Assembly: GCF_006345805.1 (NCBI RefSeq)
Contig: NC_043002.1
Span: forward strand, 43,400,001-43,464,000
Origin: Octopus sinensis
Taxonomy: Eukaryota
Direction of reading: 5' to 3'
DNA: 64,000 nt
Of the stretch, positions 36,772 to 49,914 are shown piece by piece (the first letter of the stretch is position 1; each line of letters starts with the position of its first letter). The notes under the pieces are model-generated. The model had not been told where the DNA came from and did no database searches. It saw nothing but the letters and a program-made list of their open reading frames with translations. Both the position numbers and the translations under genes were made by a program.

Positions 36772-38936
36772 CAGAGGTATCAAGCTGTTGGATCAGGTAA
36801 TGAAGGTTACGGAGAGGGTCTTAGCCCAACTAATTAGAGAGAGAGTTAGTTTAGATGAGATGCAGTTTGGGTTTGTCCCAGGGAAAAGCACCACTGATGC
36901 TATATTCCTGGTAAGGCAGCTGCAGGAGAAATACCTAGCCAAGGATAAGCCCCTGTACCTGGCTTTTGTTGACATGGAGAAAGCCTTTGATAGGGTCCCC
37001 CGATCCCTCATCTGGTGGTCAATGAGGAAACTAGGGATAGATGAATGGCTGGTGAGGGCTGTGCAAGCCATGTACAGAGATGCCGTAAGTAAGGTTAGAG
37101 TTGGCAACATGTACACAGAAGAATTCAAAGTAGAGGTTGGGGTCCACCAGGGTTCAGTACTCAGCCCCCTCCTATTTATCATAGTCCTCCAGGCAATAAC
37201 GGAGGAATTCAAGACCGGTTGCCCCTGGGAGCTCCTCTATGCTGACGACCTCGCTCTAATCGCTGAGTCACTATCAGAACTGGAGGAGAAGTTCCAGGTG
37301 TGGAAGGAGGGTTTAGAATCGAGGGGCCTTAGAGTCAACCTAGCTAAAACCAAGTACTAATAAGTAGAAAGGTAGAAACCCACAAATATCATCAGGAAGA
37401 TGGCCCTGCTCGATCTGTAGAAAAGGTGTAGGTAGAAACTCTATAAGATGTACCCAGTGTAAGCTATGGACACATAAGAGGTGCAGCAATGTCAAAGGTA
37501 GGCTAACTGGGAAGATAGTTTTTGTATGTGGCAGGTGCTCTGGAGCACTGACCTCCGAAAATCTGCAGAAAACAACTTCTGTCACTTTCCGGGGGGAAAA
37601 ACTAGAAGTAGTTGATAGTTTCCGCTATCTAGGTGACCAAGTCAGTAGTGGGGGTGGGTGCGCTGAAAGTGTACTGCTAGAATAAGAATAGCCTGGGCAA
37701 AGTTTAGGGAGCTCTTACCTCTGCTGGTGACTAAAGGCCTCTCGCTCAGAGTAAAAGGCAGACTGTATGATGCATGTGTACGAACAGCTATGCTACATGG
37801 CAGTGAAACATGGGCCGTGACTGCTGAGGACATGCGTAAGCTCGTGAGGAACGAAGCCAGTATGCTCCGATGGATGTGTAATGTCAGTGTACTTACTCGA
37901 CAGAGCGTTAGTACCTTGAGAGAAATGTTGTACCTAAGAAGCATCAGTTGTTGTGTGCAAGAGAGACGATTGCGCTGGTATGGTCATGTGGCGAGAATGG
38001 ATGAAGAGAGGTGTGTGAGAAAGTGCCAATCCCTAGCAGTTGAGGGAACCCGTGGAAGAGGTAGACCCAGGAAAACCTGGGACGAGGTGGTGAAGCACGA
38101 CCTTCGGACGTTAGGTCTCACCATGGAAATGACTAGAGACCGAGACCTATGGAAGTATGCTGTGCGTGAGAAGACCCGGCAAGACTAGTGAAGCCATAAT
38201 CCGTGGCCCCTACCTGGGACGTAGTCAGTCCACCTGTGCATACCTTCCTTCTTGTGACACTTGTGAAGACCTGTTGAGGCAAGTGAGAATCGAATCGTAT
38301 CAAATCAAATCGAACCAAATCAAAATAGATGAACATCAATGGAATTTGTATCCTTGTGGTACCAGTGCCGGTGGCACATAAGAAAACCATCCGAACGTGA
38401 CCGTAGCCAGTACCGCAATGACTGGCCTCCGTGCTGAGGGCACGTAACAAACACCATCCGAGCGTGGCCGTCCGCCAGCCTCGTCTAGCACCTGTGTCGG
38501 TGACACATAAGAAAACACCATCCGAGCGTGGCCGTCTGCCAGCCTCGTCTGGCACCTGTGTCGGTGGCACATAAAAAAACACCATCCGAGCGTGGCCGTC
38601 TGCCAGCCTCGTCTGGCACCTGTGTCGGTGGCACATAAAAAAACACCATCCGAGCGTGGCCGTCTGCCAGCCTCGTCTGGCACCTGTGTCGGTGGCACAT
38701 AAAAAACACCATCCGAGCGTGGCCGTCTGCCAGCCTCGTCTGGCACCTGTGTCGGTGGCACATAAAATCACCCACTACACTCTCGGAGTGGTTGGCGTTA
38801 GGAAGGGCATCCAGCTGTAGAAACACTGCCACATCTGACTGGCCTGGTGCAGCCTTCGGGCTTCCCAGACCCCAGTTGAACCGTCCAACCCATGCTAGCA
38901 TGGAAAGCGGACGTTAAACGATGATGATGATGATGA

Positions 38937-38940
<4 letters not shown>
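36770..38940 (+). mobile_element. RTE-clade LINE, 5'-truncated and young: RT with an embedded PHD finger, long 3' UTR with a VNTR, (GAT)n tail
   Basis: YRGIKLLDQVMKVTER..QFGFVPGKSTTDAIF..FVDMEKAFD..GVHQGSVLSPLLF..LLYADDL..GLRVNLAKT, a C4HC3 finger, FRYLGD, LHGSETW and RWYGHVARM..GRPRKTW. Stop at 38188 and two frameshifts. The 3' UTR ends in GATGATGAT. Confidence 0.95.
38451..38768 (+). repeat. Five tandem 63-64-bp GC-rich units in the RTE 3' UTR
   Basis: The unit ACACCATCCGAGCGTGGCCGTCTGCCAGCCTCGTCTGGCACCTGTGTCGGTGGCACATAAAAAA starts at 38451, 38515, 38579, 38643 and 38706. Confidence 0.95.
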
Positions 38941-38987
<47 letters not shown>

Positions 38988-38994
38988 CATATAT

Positions 38995-39160
38995 ATACGA
39001 CAGGCTTCTTTCAGTTTCCGTCTACTAAATCCACTCACAAGGCTTTGGTCGGCCCTAGGCTATAGTAGAAGACACTTGCCTAAGGTGCCACACAGTGGGA
39101 CTGAACCCGGAACCATGTAGTTCGTAAGCAAGCTACTTACAACAAAACCACTCCTACGCC
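38995..39160 (-). mobile_element. SINE family A 5' half
   Basis: Reverse complement of the family A head and core. Confidence 0.88.
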
Positions 39161-39579
39161 TATATATATATATATTGTGTATGTATATTTTGTGTATATG
39201 TCTGTGTTTGTCCCCTCACCATCGCTTGATGCTGGAATGTTTATGGAATGTTTAGCAGATGCTGGAATGTTTATGTCCCCGTAACATAGCGATCATAGTC
39301 CCCGTCGGTGTATATGTATACAATTATGTGCTTTCTCTACAGTATTAGAGCATTTTAGCTCTTATTTCTAGTGTTTCTGACACCCTAGTCATATATATAT
39401 ATATACATACATACATATATACATAGATATATACATAAATACATACATACATACATACATACATACATACATACATACATACATACATACATACACACAC
39501 ACACATATATATATACATACATACATGCGTATATACATACATACATACTCACAGACACACACATATATATATATACAGT

Positions 39580-39781
39580 AGCTTAAAAAAAATTTTCAGA
39601 AATTTTCATAAAGTTTCAAAACTTTGTTTTTTCTTCGTTAAATCTTTTCCCCATCATTTGCAAGAGTGTGATGAAAAAAAGAATTGAAAAATACCCGTCA
39701 AAATGGAGAATATTCAATTTATGTCCGCCAAGGTATTCTATCGTGAAAAAATAACCCGGTAACGACGGCATACTCAGCTAG
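39580..39781 (+). mobile_element. Helitron-like 3' terminal fragment
   Basis: Ends AACCCGGTAACGACGGCATACTCAGCTAG|T, a decayed version of the CCCGG-CAACG-CCGGG hairpin plus CTAG seen at 6201-6226. Confidence 0.5.
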
Positions 39782-40432
39782 TGTATCCATATATAATTAT
39801 TAATAAATACGCACGCATACACAAACACACACATACGCATACAAAAACACACACACAGATACAGATTAATATCGTTAGTAGATGTGATACAAAGTTATGT
39901 GGGACTATACATCTACACACGCATATACAGCCACAGGCACAACAAGCTCACATGCACCGATGCGCATGCGCACACTTAAGCGTGTATATATATCTGCTTG
40001 CTCTCCTAGTAGGTCACGACCTACTAAGCTCACACTTAAGTGACAGCATTAAGGTTCTAATAAACAAAGAGTTTATTTATTTCACATGGCTGTATCTCTC
40101 ATACACGCGCGTGTATGTAGATTTGTGTGTGCGTGTGTGCAGATATGTATGCGTGCGTGTGTGTGTGTGTGAGCGTGCATGTTGGTATGTATGGGTGTGT
40201 ATGAGTGTATGCATATGTGTGTGCGCACGTATGTATGTGTAACTGTGTGTTAGTCATCTCATGACCGACTAATGCGCTGGTTCTCGAACTAATACCAAAA
40301 TGTAACCCCTTTTTTACCCGCCTTTTTATTTTGTCTCCTCTTCTTTTTTTACCACAATGCTGGATGAGCTTAAATGGCTTCAGAACCATCTTAATATCAT
40401 TGAGCATGGCATTGTGTTCGCCTCTTCTTCAT

Positions 40433-40598
40433 AGACGCAAGAGTGGCTGAGTGGTAAGTAGCTTGCTTACCAACCACATGGTTCCGGGTTCAGTCCCACT
40501 GCGTAGCACCTTGAACAAGTGTCTTCTTCTATAGCCTCGAGCCGACCAAAGCCTTGTGACTGGATTTGGTAGACGGAAACCGAAAGAAGCCTGTTGCT

Positions 40599-40630
<32 letters not shown>

Positions 40631-40864
40631 GTGTGTGTGTGTGTGTGTATGTGTGTATATATGTTTGTGTGTCTGTGTTTGTTCCCCCAACATCGCTTGA
40701 CAACCGATGCTTGTGTGTTTACGTCCCCGTAACTTAGCTGTTCGGCAAAAGAGACCGATAGAATAAGTACTAGGCTTACAAAGAATAAGTCCTGGGGTCG
40801 ATTTGCTCGACTAAAGGCGGTGCTCCAGCATGGCCACTGTCAAATGACTGAAACAAGTAAAAGA
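40433..40864 (+). mobile_element. tRNA-derived SINE family A, near-consensus full-length copy
   Basis: A box TGGCTGAGTGGTAAG and B box GGTTCAGTCC; collinear with 32079-32474. Confidence 0.93.
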
Positions 40865-41329
40865 ATCCCTTCAATCACCACCCAGATGAACCTTCCTCAT
40901 ATGAGTAACACGGACTGGCCTAAAGCATATCACTGAGTAACCTCATAAATACATTAATAAATAAACATTGAACTCATATATTTCTCTTGGATTTCATTCA
41001 ATATAAATTAATGTCTAATCGAATATAGAATCTATTTGATCTAATTACGTACAAGCTGCGGTCTACGGAACATATTGAATGACACGCCTAACGAAAAATT
41101 ACCCTGAATCTTTTGTTTGTGTGGTCTGCCTGATGATGCAGCCCATTTCTCGAGAAAGATGTCTGGTTTAATCTTTGCATGCTATAAGCTATTTAAATGT
41201 TTCGCTTTAAAACTGTGATTTGTGCAGGAAAGCAAAAGCAATAACAGTTGTGTTAATATTTATTGTCTATTTAATGGGTTCTAATTTAGGCATAAGGTCA
41301 ACTCTTTTGAGGATAAGGGGATTAAGTCG

Positions 41330-41975
41330 ATATCACCGAACGCAGTACTTGGGAGATACTTTACTTTATCGACACCGCAAGCAAAAAAAAAAGACAAAAA
41401 AGAAAAGAAAAGAAAGAAAAGAAAAAGAAAAAATAGAAAATGTAAGATAAAGTTGAGACCTCGGCGTGATTTGAACTCAGAACGTAAAGATTTAGAAGCA
41501 GCACAATAAAACAAATTTTTCTGACGCTCTAACGATTCTAAGGGTGGTAGCTTTTCACTCTTATTGAGAGATGTTTAACAATATCAAATCTGTTTTTAAA
41601 TCTCTCTAAAATAAATAAATACGAAACAGATCTATTGAAATTTTCTCCTTGCAATGATTTCTTGAACTGAGATGTGAAGGAAACAAAATGATTTTTTCCC
41701 CCTGTAGAATTAAGCTAAGCTTTAGAGGAGAACAATATATTCAACTGAATTGCAATTCCAGTATTTACTAGTATTTATAACATTGGTTTCCGATTTTGGC
41801 ACAAGACCAGAAATTATATTGACTTCAGTGCTCAGCTGTAACTCGTTTTATCGAGCCTGTAAGGATGAAAAACAAAGTCGACCTCAGCAGTATTTGAACT
41901 CAGAACGTAAAGATGGAAGAAATGTCGCTAAGAATTTTGTCCCAGCGTGCTAACGATTCTACCAGCTCGCCGCCC
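41330..41975 (-). mobile_element. Two diverged family B SINEs (~41330-41540 and ~41755-41975)
   Basis: Both carry AAAGT.GACCTC.GC...ATTTGAACTCAGAACGTAAA, as in 43266-43500. Confidence 0.75.
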
Positions 41976-43265
41976 TATTTGTACTGGTTATATTGGCTAC
42001 TAATTGATGAAAGGAAGAGCCGACTTTGCAGGATTCCTGTTCTGGCAGTAGAGCGATGACATTTTTTGAAAGTTTAATCGGCTGAGAAAGGGCAGTTCAC
42101 TTAGCCTATTTTCAGGAGTTCTGATAATGGGCGAAGGAAAAGAGGAAGAAATTAGAGATATGATATGAATGCTTACAAGAGTATGGATTTCACTAAAAGA
42201 ACCTAATAATCAGGTTGTGATGTTAAGCGTGGTATCGGATTATGTCTATCTGATGAACACACAACCTCCATTTAATGGATTTTCACACATTTTTGGCAAA
42301 ACATAAGTTTGGATTGACTCCATGGTAAATTATAGAATATTAACTAAATAGCTGCGTAGTAGGATCAAACCCCAGACTAAGTGAGTGTGTAGCAAACTTT
42401 CAGGTCAGCCTTCAATAATTAACTTATTCTCGTGTTCTATGTTGAATTTACAATTATACGAGGACTTTCACAAGTCGTTTTAGAGCCATTCTTCCCATAT
42501 TATATTCATATATACATGCATATATGTGTGTGAGTTTGTGTGTATGCATGCATGTATATATGAGTGAGAATGTGACTTCAGAGGTCAGTAGAACTGTGTG
42601 TTCTCATATTTTCATTTCTCTCATAAATGCATTCATTATAGATGGTCATATTTCTTTGTTTAAAATAGTTGAAAACAAAAAAGGAACCTTTTCAAATGCA
42701 GTTTTAACATGTGACTTGACCTTCACACATATCGCATGATTCTTTGCACTATTGAGTGTACACATTATTTCAGTGGTATGTCATTAACGTTGAACTTCAC
42801 AATACCAATTAACAATCGCATGTACAATGGTTAATCTACCCTTTACCTCTTAACGAGAAGGCGTTCAAAATAACTGTTGCTATGTACAAAGAGTACACCC
42901 ATTGACATAATTTTTAATCACGATCGTTGCACTCCGGCATACTTTGCAGCATTAGCCGTTCGTATTCTATTTATGAGGAATAACGATAGCTCCCTAGATG
43001 AAGAATTATGAGTTTATCTTTCTTTGATGTTGCTATTTGTGTCCTTAGTAACACATCTTTTTCGTCCATATACCTAGCATGAAAGCGATCCTCGCTCTCA
43101 TTTTATGTTGCGGAATGCTCGGTTCGTTGTAAACTGAAAAGATTTTTTTTTCCGAGTAGGTATAGTATCGCCCACAACATTCCCCATTTTTGTACAGTAT
43201 TGAACCGAGTATTAGTCTTCCAGAAATCCGGAAATACAGTAGGATACCGTGTAATATACTGTATT

Positions 43266-43500
43266 TATTTCTTTACTATCCACAAGGGGCTAAACTTAGA
43301 GGGGACAAACAAGGACAGACAAACGGATTAAGTCGATTTCATCGACCCCAGTGCGTGAGTGGTACTTAATTTATCGACCCCGAAATGATGAAAGGCAAAG
43401 TCGACCTCGGCGGAATTTGAACTCAGAACGTAACGGCAGACGAAATACGGCTACGCATTTCGCCCGGCGTGCTAATGTTTCTGCCAGTTCGCCGCCTTAA
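43266..43500 (-). mobile_element. tRNA-derived SINE family B, full length with a 21-22-bp TSD
   Basis: The minus strand runs from AAGGCGGCGAACTGGCAGAAAC through GAGTTCAAATTCCGCCGAGGTCGAC to a GTAAAGAAATAA tail. TACCGTGTAATATACTGTATT occurs at both 43245-43265 and 43501-43521. Confidence 0.93.
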
Positions 43501-43828
43501 TACCGTGTAATATACTGTATTGAGTACATTGTATTGAGTAAATAGACCTTGTTTTTGAAGTTGGTTAATTTACATACGGTGTGTTAAAACTAGTTTTGTG
43601 CTTTACTTAAGTGAATTGACAACGATTTAACATTCCCTGCTTAAGAATTGCACTAATTTGTACCTGCATTTGTTAAATAAAATCATGTTCGCTTTGCTTT
43701 GTTTAATTTTCAGTCTATAAACATTACCCGGTGCATTATAGCATATTTTAAGAATTTAAAGTAGTTTAATAAATATCAAACAGACCCTTGTTCAGATGCA
43801 TATCAATTTGAATTGATTAAATAGAATT

Positions 43829-43994
43829 TACCGTATTTAACGAGTATAAGGAACCCATTTTTGTAAACAATAAGGTTAAAAAAACATGGAAGTTTCTTAT
43901 ACATGGATAGTATTATAATCCCTTACAAAACCTGTTTCCAAAAGTTTTAACCTCCCAAAATTTGGGGGTTCCTTAAACACGTTAAAATACGGTA
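43829..43994. mobile_element. Tc1/pogo-type MITE, 166 bp, with ~28-bp TIRs and TA ends
   Basis: TACCGTATTTAACGAGTATAAGGAACCC ... GGGTTCCTTAAACACGTTAAAATACGGTA. Confidence 0.85.
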
Positions 43995-44232
43995 GTTCTT
44001 AACTTTTAAATATTTATACTGCTTCACCAAACCGTAAAATCTATAAATCTAAGACATTTCCGGTCCCAAGTTTGCAGGATAATTGGTCTGATAAGAATTT
44101 ATTCCACCTCATTTATTACTTTCTGAAATTCGTTAGAAAACTTGTCAATCCGAGGCAAACTCGTTCTTTCTATAAATTTGATCGAGATATTTATATAACT
44201 GATTGACTCAAAAATTTTACAAAATTGTTATT

Positions 44233-44700
44233 GATGTTTCTTATTTCTTTACTGCCCACAAGGGGCTACACACAGAGGGAACAAACAAGGACAGACAAAC
44301 GGATTAAGTAGATTATATCGACCCCAGTGCATAACTGGTACTTATTTAATCGACTCCGAAAGGATGAAAGGCAAAGTCGACCTTGGCGGAATTTGAACTC
44401 AGAACGTAAAGACAGCCGAAATACCGCTAAGCATTTCGCCCGGCATTTCTGCCAGCTCGCCGCCTTGATACTGTTTCTAATTAATCCTTTCTACTACAGA
44501 CACAAAGTCGGAAATTTTGGGGAAGTGGATCGTGAATTACAACGACTCCAGTGCTTAACTGGTACTTACTTTTTCAACCCCGAAAGGATGAAATGCAAAG
44601 TCGACCTCGGCGGAATTCGAACTCAGCACGTAAAGACGGACGAAATGCTGCTAAGCGTTTTGTCCGGCATGCTAACAGATCTGTCATTTGTTGCTTTAAT
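44233..44700 (-). mobile_element. Two tandem family B SINEs (~44233-44467 and ~44520-44700)
   Basis: Collinear with 43266-43500. Confidence 0.88.
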
Positions 44701-44879
44701 AATGTTCCTAATTAATGATGAAACTTGATCGATACAAAGAGTTGAAAATGTACTTCGAGCACCACTTGTTAGGCCATAAACATACTGCCTGTAGTGATTT
44801 CAGCAGTTATTAAAGGGAGATCACTTTCTATTTGCAAGACTTTTACCAAAGAAATCACTCGAAGCAATTACAAATACAA

Positions 44880-45930
44880 AAGTACCAGGGGAAATAAAAA
44901 ATTACCCGATCTGTTGTCAACACTTTCTTTAGGTCGGTTGCACTGCTTTCAGCGATCCCGCTCTGCAAGGTGGAATTCTTGTTTTTACATAATCAAGGTT
45001 TGATCATTCCAGTTTTCTTTCTTGTGTTATAGAGTAAACATGGCTGCTCCACTGGAAGTGTGCACCAAGGAAGAACAGATATTAGCGATCCGATTTCTCT
45101 GGTATGAAGGTGTGTCAGGGACTGAAATTCGTGCCGGGCTTTCAGCACAATACAAGGATAGCGCTTTACGGTGTAGAAGCTTATATGAGTGGATAGAGAA
45201 GTTTAAAAATGGCGAGAGTAGCGTGAAGCAAACGAGGAAGCAGAACGCCAATCAACCTCCGTCACTGACGTGAAAATTCAACAAGTTCGAGAGATGATTA
45301 TCGAAACGACAAGTAACCATCGATGAAGTGGTGTATTCTCTGTAAATCAGTCATGGTTCTGTATATAAAATCGTTCGCGACAAGCTTCGCTCCTGGAATG
45401 TCTGTGTGAGATGAATGTCAAGAGAGTTTACCGAAGAGTATAAACGCAATCGTGTGGAAGTTTGTCAACGTTTACACGATGAAGCAACAACGATGAAAGC
45501 GAAGTTTTTTTTTTGAGAGAATAGTCGCAGGAGGTGAGACCGGGACCCATCACTTTGAGCAAGAATCCCAAAGGCAGAGAATGGAGTCGAAACACCCGGA
45601 ATCGTCTGCGAAAAAGAAATTCAACACTCAACCGTCTGCAGAAAAAGCATTGCTAACTGTTTCTTGGGACACAAAAGGGCCTATACTGGAACATCACCTG
45701 GAAAAGGGGTCCATAGCCACCAGTGTATGCTACAGTGAAATGCTGGTCAGCAAACCGTAACCAGGCATTCGCACCGAACGCCAAGGCCTATTGTCACAGC
45801 AAGTGTTTATTGTTGTACGATAATTCACGCCTACATACGGCCTACCATATCGTTCAAACCATTGGGGAATTGAGTTTCGAGTTGCTGTAACACCCTGCAT
45901 CCAGTACAGATCTAGTCTCTTCCGCCTCTC
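44880..45930 (+). mobile_element. mariner transposon fossil, 3'-truncated; transposase pseudogene from ATG 45040
   Basis: MAAPLEVCTKEEQILAIRFLWYEGVSGTEI..SLYEWIEKFKNG, then decayed IVAGGETG..SKHPES.AKKKF.TQPSA.K.LLTVSWD.KG. Confidence 0.88.
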
Positions 45931-47660
45931 TCTGATGGAATAAGCACGCTTGTGGACCGTTGGTAGAAGAGAATCGAAAAGAAAGAAGACTATATTGAAA
46001 TATAATGTAACTGTTCAAGCTTTGCTTGTATTTTAATAAATCACAGAAAAATTTTTAATTTTAAATTTATCCTTTTAGCTTTTTTCACTTTTACACAGAA
46101 CTGATTTAAGCACTTTATCACGTATTTATTTCATTGAGCAAGTGCAAATTGAAATTTGCTTAGAATCTAAAATTTACACCTTTAAATATTACCATATACT
46201 ATTTGAACAGAAATGCCAAGAATTTATGGAAATTACTCGTCAATTGTTTACTCGAACGATTAATCATTTACTATACGAATAAATTTGAAAATGACGAATT
46301 AAATTTAATTCATTAATTCTTTATTACAACTGAATTGTATTTCATTTAACAATAGTTCAAAATCTTTATGAGTAGTTTAACTGGGAAAGTAACTGAGATA
46401 ATTGAACTTCTAGCTAACAAACTAAATGACCTGTCATGTCGCTACACGTCTCTTAATAAAGCATTTAACTTTTGAATGGTCTATTTTATGCAGACGTAAA
46501 TAGCAGCCATTCAAATGTATAGTTCTTCACTTGAATATACAAGATTACTGTAATTTAGCTTGCAATACAAAGCTCAAACTCAGCCGTGAATAGAAAACAA
46601 TCTCCTTTAATTGCAGTATAGAGTGTCCCATAACCTATTGTACCACTGAGATGCCCAATGATCCAACAATGTTTTTGACTCCAGACAATGTATTATAAAG
46701 CATGTAATTCAACATTGTTCTTTCCTGTCAAATTGGCCAATGGATGTAATATGCATTTGAAAACAAAAACACGACAGTATAGTCTAAGTTGATAGTTACA
46801 CGAAAGTATACAGCGCACGCGAATGGAAGTGGCCGAATTGATGGGGATATAACAAATCGAGAGCTCAGTGCTTAGTATCCTATCACTTGTCCTTACTACT
46901 TTCTATCCATTGCTATGAGACTTATCCAAAGTAACTCAGTCTAGCTATTTGTAAATATGTTGGATAGGATAGGAAAAAAGACTGCCGAAAGAAGCAACAG
47001 TGTTTAATTAGGGTAAGATCTAAAATCCGAAGATGCTGATGAACCCCTACTTACCAATAACTAATGCATAGAAGAGTTCAAAGAATGGTCCGATAATTCT
47101 AAATGCCTCGAGGAGTGAAGAGTTTAACGTTTCGGGCTTTTGCTTTCACCAAAACAACAGCAGCTGTTTCTCTTCTTTACACTCAGATGATGAGTAAAGA
47201 TAAGAAAAGTTAGATTGTTCGCCCGTTACGGCAACTGAACTTACCGAACGCTTTAATTAACTCTGTCTACGACTCCTATTGCGCTTAGAAGCCAACAAAG
47301 AAGTATTCTTTGCCATTTTGTATAGTTTAAGACACGCTATTAAGTGTTGTACATATTTAGTCAATTGTTACATTAGAAAACCTCAGGAGAAGCAGCTGCG
47401 TTTCTATGCTTAACCACGAAATCAGCAATTAAACACAAACAACAAACAACATAAACAGCAGCTGACACATTGAATGACTGTTCATTGCTCGCTGATGTGT
47501 ATCGTCCATTTACTCACCTTGATAAAGGAAACAAAGTCTTTCTCAGATTTTACGTTTGTGGATATTGTTTGGCTTCAGAGTTTGATCTTTACACATTTAA
47601 GCCACTCAAACTGAAGAATACCGATTACATTATATACATTATATATATATATATATATAT

Positions 47661-47803
<143 letters not shown>

Positions 47804-48155
47804 AACAACCCGAAGCGAGATCACCAGTAATCACGTGAAACCGCAGGTTTTACGTCAGAATGTCCCTCACTTAGAAGGATGGTGTAATAGCAACTAGGGG
47901 TTTCTCACTTCCAGTGGTTTTACTTAACGCCCTGACACCAACCAAGGATATTTCTGTGTCTGCGCTCAGATGGGTTGTCATCACATATGCTAGTTAAATC
48001 ATAGTTATAATCCCGATAGCTGCTATTACTCTTAGTCAGGGTAAACCTGAGAACAACAGTAGCTAAGAAGTGGTTCCACACTCTCAAAACCCTGGAACTC
48101 TCGTACCACAGCTCCACTTCTGGCGGCAGTTTAAAGTCATGCCCAGGACTATATA

Positions 48156-48223
<68 letters not shown>

Positions 48224-48545
48224 TACATACATACATAAACAGCATACACACATTACATTGTCTCTTTCAGTCGTCATGAATTTACTTAAACTTAATTAAC
48301 AGATTATCATCTACAGTTTAGTAGTGTGTTTTTAAAGTTGTCTGACAAGATCAACATATGTCAAATCGATTTATTTCTTCGTAGTTAGTGTAGAAGCCAA
48401 ATTTTCAGATTCTCAACGATATTAAAAATTCTTTGCTATGGTAACAATATCTTTGTCATCTACCCTTCAGAATGATTTCTCACACAAGTGAATCTTCATT
48501 TTAAATCATCTCTACCCGAACATTCATATATAAATGCATACATAT

Positions 48546-48621
<76 letters not shown>

Positions 48622-48865
48622 AATGTAAATATGTGTGTATCTGTGAGTATATATATGTTTTTATATGTACATATAGAAAGAGATATTTGTATTTGTAGAA
48701 ATAAATATGGATGCATGTGACCATTATGCACACACACACACATGTGCTCGTATAAACACGCACATATATTGATGTTTCTTTTTATGTCGTATTATTAGAA
48801 AAACAATTTTACATTAATTTAGAGGATTACTCAATACATTTTGTGGAGTAGAGATTTATTATTAC

Positions 48866-48955
48866 TTTTCAAGAATAGGGTTGACAGAAACTTCGAAGTT
48901 ACGAAGGTTAGTAGGCTGTAACGTCGAAGTCATTGTCAAAACTATTCTTTTAAAA
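48866..48955. repeat. Compact hairpin with a ~35-bp stem and 15-nt loop
   Basis: AAGAATAGGGTTGACAGAAACTTCGAAGTTAC pairs with GTAACGTCGAAGTCATTGTCAAAACTATTCTT. Confidence 0.8.
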
Positions 48956-49065
48956 CAGTTACATACATAATATGATATGATGTGCACTTTTAGCTTGCCA
49001 GTGATGCAATTTGTTTTGTTGAATTTCATTTATTAACGATAGGTGGGTGGGAACACAAACATATT

Positions 49066-49103
<38 letters not shown>

Positions 49104-49234
49104 CTATATATTTGTTTTGCAAGATTTTTGACGTGAAATCGTGTGTTGAAACAGATATTGTTGTATTTAGGAATGGTCATTTTGCCAGTTTAGCCTACAG
49201 AGTTAAAGAGACACATTCAACATTTCGTTTACCG

Positions 49235-49620
49235 CATGTAATTCTCAGGTTACAGCCATAAAGAAAGGATCAGAGTATACAAAGGAGCTATGAAGAAATT
49301 TGATACTGTGTTATGTAATGATAGGAATGGGATTTACCCACTCTATAGGAGCAAGTCATGGAACACTGTTGAAAGGACAAAGAAGAAAATAGGGAAGGCC
49401 AACTCTTGGTATGATAGCCACAAATACCAGAGTGTCATGTTCGTCGACACCACTCCTAGAGGTGAATTGGGCCGTAGACAAACTTAAGCTAAGGATTAAG
49501 GTTGTTGAAAGGCCAGGCAACCCTATCAAATCCATAATCGGTAGAACCTACCCTTTTAGTAGAACCCCCTGTACGGATAGGAACTGTATTATGTGTAAAT
49601 TTAGCCCACAAACAAACTGT
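49235..49620 (+). mobile_element. Penelope-like element fragment (RT thumb and Cys-rich linker, Neptune-like)
   Basis: GIYPLYRSKSWN..RTKKK..SWY..KYQSVMFVDTTPRGEL / LRIKVVERPGNPIKSII..PFSRTPCTDRNCIMC. Confidence 0.75.
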
Positions 49621-49914
49621 ATGTATGTATGTATGTATGTATGTGTGTATGTATGTATGTATACGCATATATGTGTGTGTGCATGTATTTGAGCTATGAA
49701 TACGTAAAATAAAAAGTAAGACTGAAACAATGTATATTATACGCATACATATATACATTCACATGCCCCCACCCACATACACACACATACACGCACATAC
49801 ACACACGCATGCATATCCTACTTTAACCCATTATCACATTACTTAACCTTTTTACAAATGTGAGAAGAGTACTCCTTGATCATTCAGATGCTTATTTCTT
49901 TATCTCCACTCTCC

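Noticed and set aside
38451-38768. Regularly spaced ~64-bp repeats that could be mistaken for a CRISPR array
   Set aside because: The units are contiguous with no unique spacers, lie in a LINE 3' UTR, and have no cas genes nearby; the context is eukaryotic.
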